Positions 60,596 through 64,000 of a DNA stretch of 64,000 nt are shown piece after piece (the stretch's first letter is position 1; every line of letters begins with the position of its first letter). The notes below the pieces were generated by a model that saw only the letters and a program-made list of their open reading frames with translations, made no database searches and had not been told where the DNA came from. Made by a program: the position numbers and the translations under genes. Origin of the DNA: a virus (lineage: Duplodnaviria > Caudoviricetes); IMG/VR virus record IMGVR_UViG_3300043010_000145. One strand, written 5' to 3'.

Positions 60596-61150
60596 CTAAA
60601 CCATATATTCCAAGATAAAATCTTGCACCGCCTGCACACAATCCAAGCATTCGTTCAGATATTCAGGCACTTCCGTAGTTTCTCTCCAATAATTCGCATC
60701 CAGTGGTTCTTGAAAACTGTCTCGCAAACTAAGAGTTAGACATCTATGCTCCTCTTTATTTTGCAGTTCTTCTATTTCTAGATAAAATCGAGCACCTAGT
60801 TCTGTACCAAGTTCTACATTATATGTATAAGTAAACTTGCCATTGCGATAGCCACCATGTCTGCACATCTTACCTGTTGCATACAATGGCGGGTATAATT
60901 CGTGCAGTTCTGCTGTTTCTATTCGAAACATTTCTACGATATAGCCACATTTCAGCAAACCGTGTTGCGTAAAAGCTTCTTTATCAAGCAAACAATAGAC
61001 ATCTGTATTATGCATTAAATCATAGCGGATTTCCCAAGTATGATGCTTGTTCTGAAAGGTATATTTCCCAGCAGCAATTTGCCATGTATTTGTTTCTGGA
61101 TTGTATTCTTTTCTAAAATGTTCTTTATTCCGTATTTTAATGAGTTTCAT
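60596..61150 (-). CDS. Paralog array member
   Basis: TELGARFYL; CVQAVQDFILEYMV. Confidence 0.8.
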   Translation of the reverse strand: MKLIKIRNKEHFRKEYNPETNTWQIAAGKYTFQNKHHTWEIRYDLMHNTDVYCLLDKEAFTQHGLLKCGYIVEMFRIETAELHELYPPLYATGKMCRHGGYRNGKFTYTYNVELGTELGARFYLEIEELQNKEEHRCLTLSLRDSFQEPLDANYWRETTEVPEYLNECLDCVQAVQDFILEYMV

Positions 61151-61167
61151 TATTTTGCTCCTCAGTT

Positions 61168-61719
61168 CTAAACCATATATTCTAAGATAAAATCTTGCAC
61201 CGCCTGTACACAATCCAAACATTCACCGATATACTCAGGCATTTCATCACTTTCAATCCAAGATTCATCTACAAGAAACAAATTTTTATCTATTAAATCA
61301 ATATTAATGCATTTGTCGAATTTTACAGCCAGCCAAGTTCCTAATCGCAGATAAAATATATCGCCCAGATTGGACACGAGTCTCACCAGATATTCCCACC
61401 TTGCTGAACCGTCATCTGCAAATACTAATCGTTTGTAAACAACACCATTCGGGTACAGTGGTTTGTATAAGCTTTGCAATTCTACATTGGTAATCTCAAA
61501 ATGCCCTAAGATATAGTCCCCGAACTTACCTTTATGTGTAAAAGCATATCTGTCTAATCTGCAACCAACTCTTGCAATGTTATTTTCATCATATGCAATA
61601 TTCCAGTTGTGATGTCCCGCATGTAAGGAGTACTTTCCACTTGCAAGCAATACACTATCTGTTTCTTCATCGTATATTCTACGGAAAGGATATTTGTTCC
61701 GTATTTTAACTAGTTTCAT
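61168..61719 (-). CDS. Paralog array member
   Basis: SNLGDIFYL; CVQAVQDFILEYMV. Confidence 0.8.
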   Translation of the reverse strand: MKLVKIRNKYPFRRIYDEETDSVLLASGKYSLHAGHHNWNIAYDENNIARVGCRLDRYAFTHKGKFGDYILGHFEITNVELQSLYKPLYPNGVVYKRLVFADDGSARWEYLVRLVSNLGDIFYLRLGTWLAVKFDKCINIDLIDKNLFLVDESWIESDEMPEYIGECLDCVQAVQDFILEYMV

Positions 61720-61871
61720 CTTTGCACCTACCTTATTCCACTTAATATACAAAATATACTCTTGCTTTTTATCTTAAAGCAGAAAACTTTGTCAAATAAA
61801 GCAGCCACAGGCAACCTATTTCATAGCCACCTGTGGCTTTCTTGTACCAGCTATATTTTACTTACTTTTAT

Positions 61872-62429
61872 CTAAGCGATATAATCTACCAAAAACTCTT
61901 GCACTGCACTCAGACAGTCTAATGCAAACGGTAAGAATTCAGTTCCTTCTTCCACATCACACCAATATCCTTCCTCATATTCTTCACCCTTATTCTCTCG
62001 CAAATAGACTGCATATGGTTCTGAATGCTTTGCTTGCTGCCAGTCCAGATAGAATTTATCTCCACACAAAGATTCTACTTCAAAGCGATAAGTCAGTTCC
62101 TTATCTACATCAGGTGAGTAAATATGTTTGTATACTTTGTCGGAAGACAGTTTCAGTGGTGTATATACAGATTTCATTTCGACATTATCCAAGCAAACCA
62201 CACCTAATTTCTTTTGCAGTTCACAATCGGATTGTTCCCAAGCTTTATCAAAAACAGCTGCAAAAAGATTTACATCGTGTCCTTCCCGATTGTATTGCAA
62301 GAACCATAATTGTGTATTGATATCACCTAAATCATAGCGGGTCTTCGGAGCATTAGCAGGAATAGTGCCATCCTTTTTATACATCGGCTTTTTCCAAGAT
62401 TTCAAGTTTTCAGGTTTAATCATTTTCAT
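61872..62429 (-). CDS. Paralog array member
   Basis: SLCGDKFYL; AVQEFLVDYIA; GGAGG RBS. Confidence 0.8.
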   Translation of the reverse strand: MKMIKPENLKSWKKPMYKKDGTIPANAPKTRYDLGDINTQLWFLQYNREGHDVNLFAAVFDKAWEQSDCELQKKLGVVCLDNVEMKSVYTPLKLSSDKVYKHIYSPDVDKELTYRFEVESLCGDKFYLDWQQAKHSEPYAVYLRENKGEEYEEGYWCDVEEGTEFLPFALDCLSAVQEFLVDYIA

Positions 62430-62585
62430 TTTAATATCCTCCCGTACCGCATTTGGTACTTTTATCTTACATCTATACTATACACCCATTTTCTACATAT
62501 TGCAAGCAAAATAATAGCATAATACATATTTTTTCAGGCAAAAACAAAAAGGAAATCATACATTCGTATGATTTCCTTTTTTACT

Positions 62586-63182
62586 CTAAGCCAAGTATTC
62601 AACCATGAATTCTTGTGCCGCATTTACACATTCTAAGCCAAGCTGATAGCATTCAGGTTCTTCCGCAATCCGTTTCCAGAAAGTATCCTCACAAGAAGGA
62701 TAACTGCTGTCTTGTTCCTCGAACAAACCAACGGTATAAGTATATGGCTGATAAGCATCTTTTGACTGGAAGATAACCATTCGGAATGCATCGCCAAGTG
62801 CAGATTTTAATTCAAAGAGATAAGCAGCAATCGTATCCTCTTCATCACCTTCATCTGTTTCCTCATAAATGTGTTGATACATTCTGCATGTGCTTGTTCT
62901 TTTCAATGGAGTATACAATGTAGGCAGTTCCAGATGCTCGAAGTAAACATATTCCAATTTATCTTGTAATGCATTTCCCGATTCCTCAAAAGCTGTTTTG
63001 TCTACATGGCTGCGAACATTTATCTTATGACCTTGGGTATTGTTGTGGAGTGTCCAATCTTGCACTTCTTTTCCATGCACATGAAAGCTATAATTTCCGT
63101 TTGCAATAGAAACATTTTCTTTTGCATCATGTTCTCTTGTGTAGTAATTTTTGCTTTCATCTGTAAGTTTTAAATTCATCAT
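62586..63182 (-). CDS. Paralog array member
   Basis: SALGDAFRM; AAQEFMVEYLA; GGAGG RBS. Confidence 0.8.
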   Translation of the reverse strand: MMNLKLTDESKNYYTREHDAKENVSIANGNYSFHVHGKEVQDWTLHNNTQGHKINVRSHVDKTAFEESGNALQDKLEYVYFEHLELPTLYTPLKRTSTCRMYQHIYEETDEGDEEDTIAAYLFELKSALGDAFRMVIFQSKDAYQPYTYTVGLFEEQDSSYPSCEDTFWKRIAEEPECYQLGLECVNAAQEFMVEYLA

Positions 63183-63611
63183 TTTTCATATCCTCCCGCA
63201 CCGCATTGGGTACTTTTATCATCTGTCTACACTATACACCCACTTTTTACATATTGCAAGCAAAACAATAGTATAATACATATTTTTCAGGCAAAAACAA
63301 AAAAACAGATATGCACTAGCATATCTGCTCTTTTTCTCTTACAGTAGCAGTTTATGTAGAAAAATAAGAGCCGAAGCTCTTACCCTTCCACAAAGGTACC
63401 TACGTTGACCATAACTACTAGCAGCTGTGTCTAACATTGCTTATAGAAATCCTCTGGCTTCTAAAAAGATAATAGATACTGCTAGTAGCTATTTATAGTA
63501 TATCACCCACTAATATCTTTTGCAAGCATTTTTATAAGAAATTTTTCAGATGATTTATACAGTAAATACATTATTTATGTAGTATTTTTCTTTAAAACTG
63601 GTTGCTGCTAT

Positions 63612-64000
63612 TTACACCATAAATTCTAGGACAAAATCCTGCAAAGCTGGAATACTTTCTTCACACAACTCAAAATATTCTGGCACACCTTCTGTCTTCT
63701 GCCACCCTTCCTCAGAATTCTGAGCCTTTCGCCACCAACTCCAAGCTTTACTGCTGCCGCATATTGTTACACCAACCTTTGTGTTCTCCAACAGTTCACT
63801 ATAAAGAAATACTTCATTTCCCGAAAGACTTTGCATACCATAGAGATGCTCCGTATGTCCTTCCCTATCGCTTCTGCTATAATTTTCACCTGTAAAATGC
63901 AACGGTGTGATTGCATCATAAAGTACAATATTGCTTAAACCAAGATTGTTCAGTACAAAATCTTTCACCTTTGTAGAGCAGTAAATCTTGTTTTTATCGA
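63612..64000 (-). CDS. Paralog array member, 5' partial
   Basis: Frame open to the window edge; SLSGNEVFL; ALQDFVLEFMV. Confidence 0.75.
   Translation of the reverse strand, partial: DKNKIYCSTKVKDFVLNNLGLSNIVLYDAITPLHFTGENYSRSDREGHTEHLYGMQSLSGNEVFLYSELLENTKVGVTICGSSKAWSWWRKAQNSEEGWQKTEGVPEYFELCEESIPALQDFVLEFMV

Noticed and set aside
53931-64000. Diversity-generating retroelement explaining the paralog array
   Set aside because: No reverse transcriptase in the window and no adenine-specific TR/VR pair; the 3' ends are the conserved part
1-64000. Stop-codon recoding as in some large gut phages
   Set aside because: Long conserved genes are intact under code 11, and TAG, TGA and TAA all end genes at expected positions

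Overview
AT-rich window (about 35% GC by eye) with no core housekeeping genes. It reads as part of a large mobile element (huge phage or megaplasmid) of a probable gut Bacillota host; this assignment is inference. Contents: an M60-type metallopeptidase, three orphan DNA methyltransferases, tRNA-Leu(TAA), several small paralog families, two stand-alone Cas3''-like HD proteins, a duplicated SipW-signal/BspA-LRR surface module, an SNF2-like helicase and HipA-like kinase, an adaptation-less type I-C CRISPR-Cas locus (array-cas3-cas5-cas8c/cas11-cas7-array), a TagB/TagF-like gene, a HAD hydrolase, a ~6 kb mostly non-coding repeat/palindrome region, and an array of 15 diverged paralogs. Most notable: (1) two CRISPR spacers match diverged, PAM-less alleles of the two genes immediately flanking the locus, suggesting CRISPR-guided homing against sibling elements; (2) a family of promoter-hairpin-terminator small-RNA cassettes displaying anti-Shine-Dalgarno and anti-AUG sequence; (3) a solitary type I-E-like repeat fused to a gene remnant; (4) a strand-polarised GGGTAT motif (about 80 on + versus about 10 on -) together with apparent GATC avoidance. 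All counts and alignments were done by eye.
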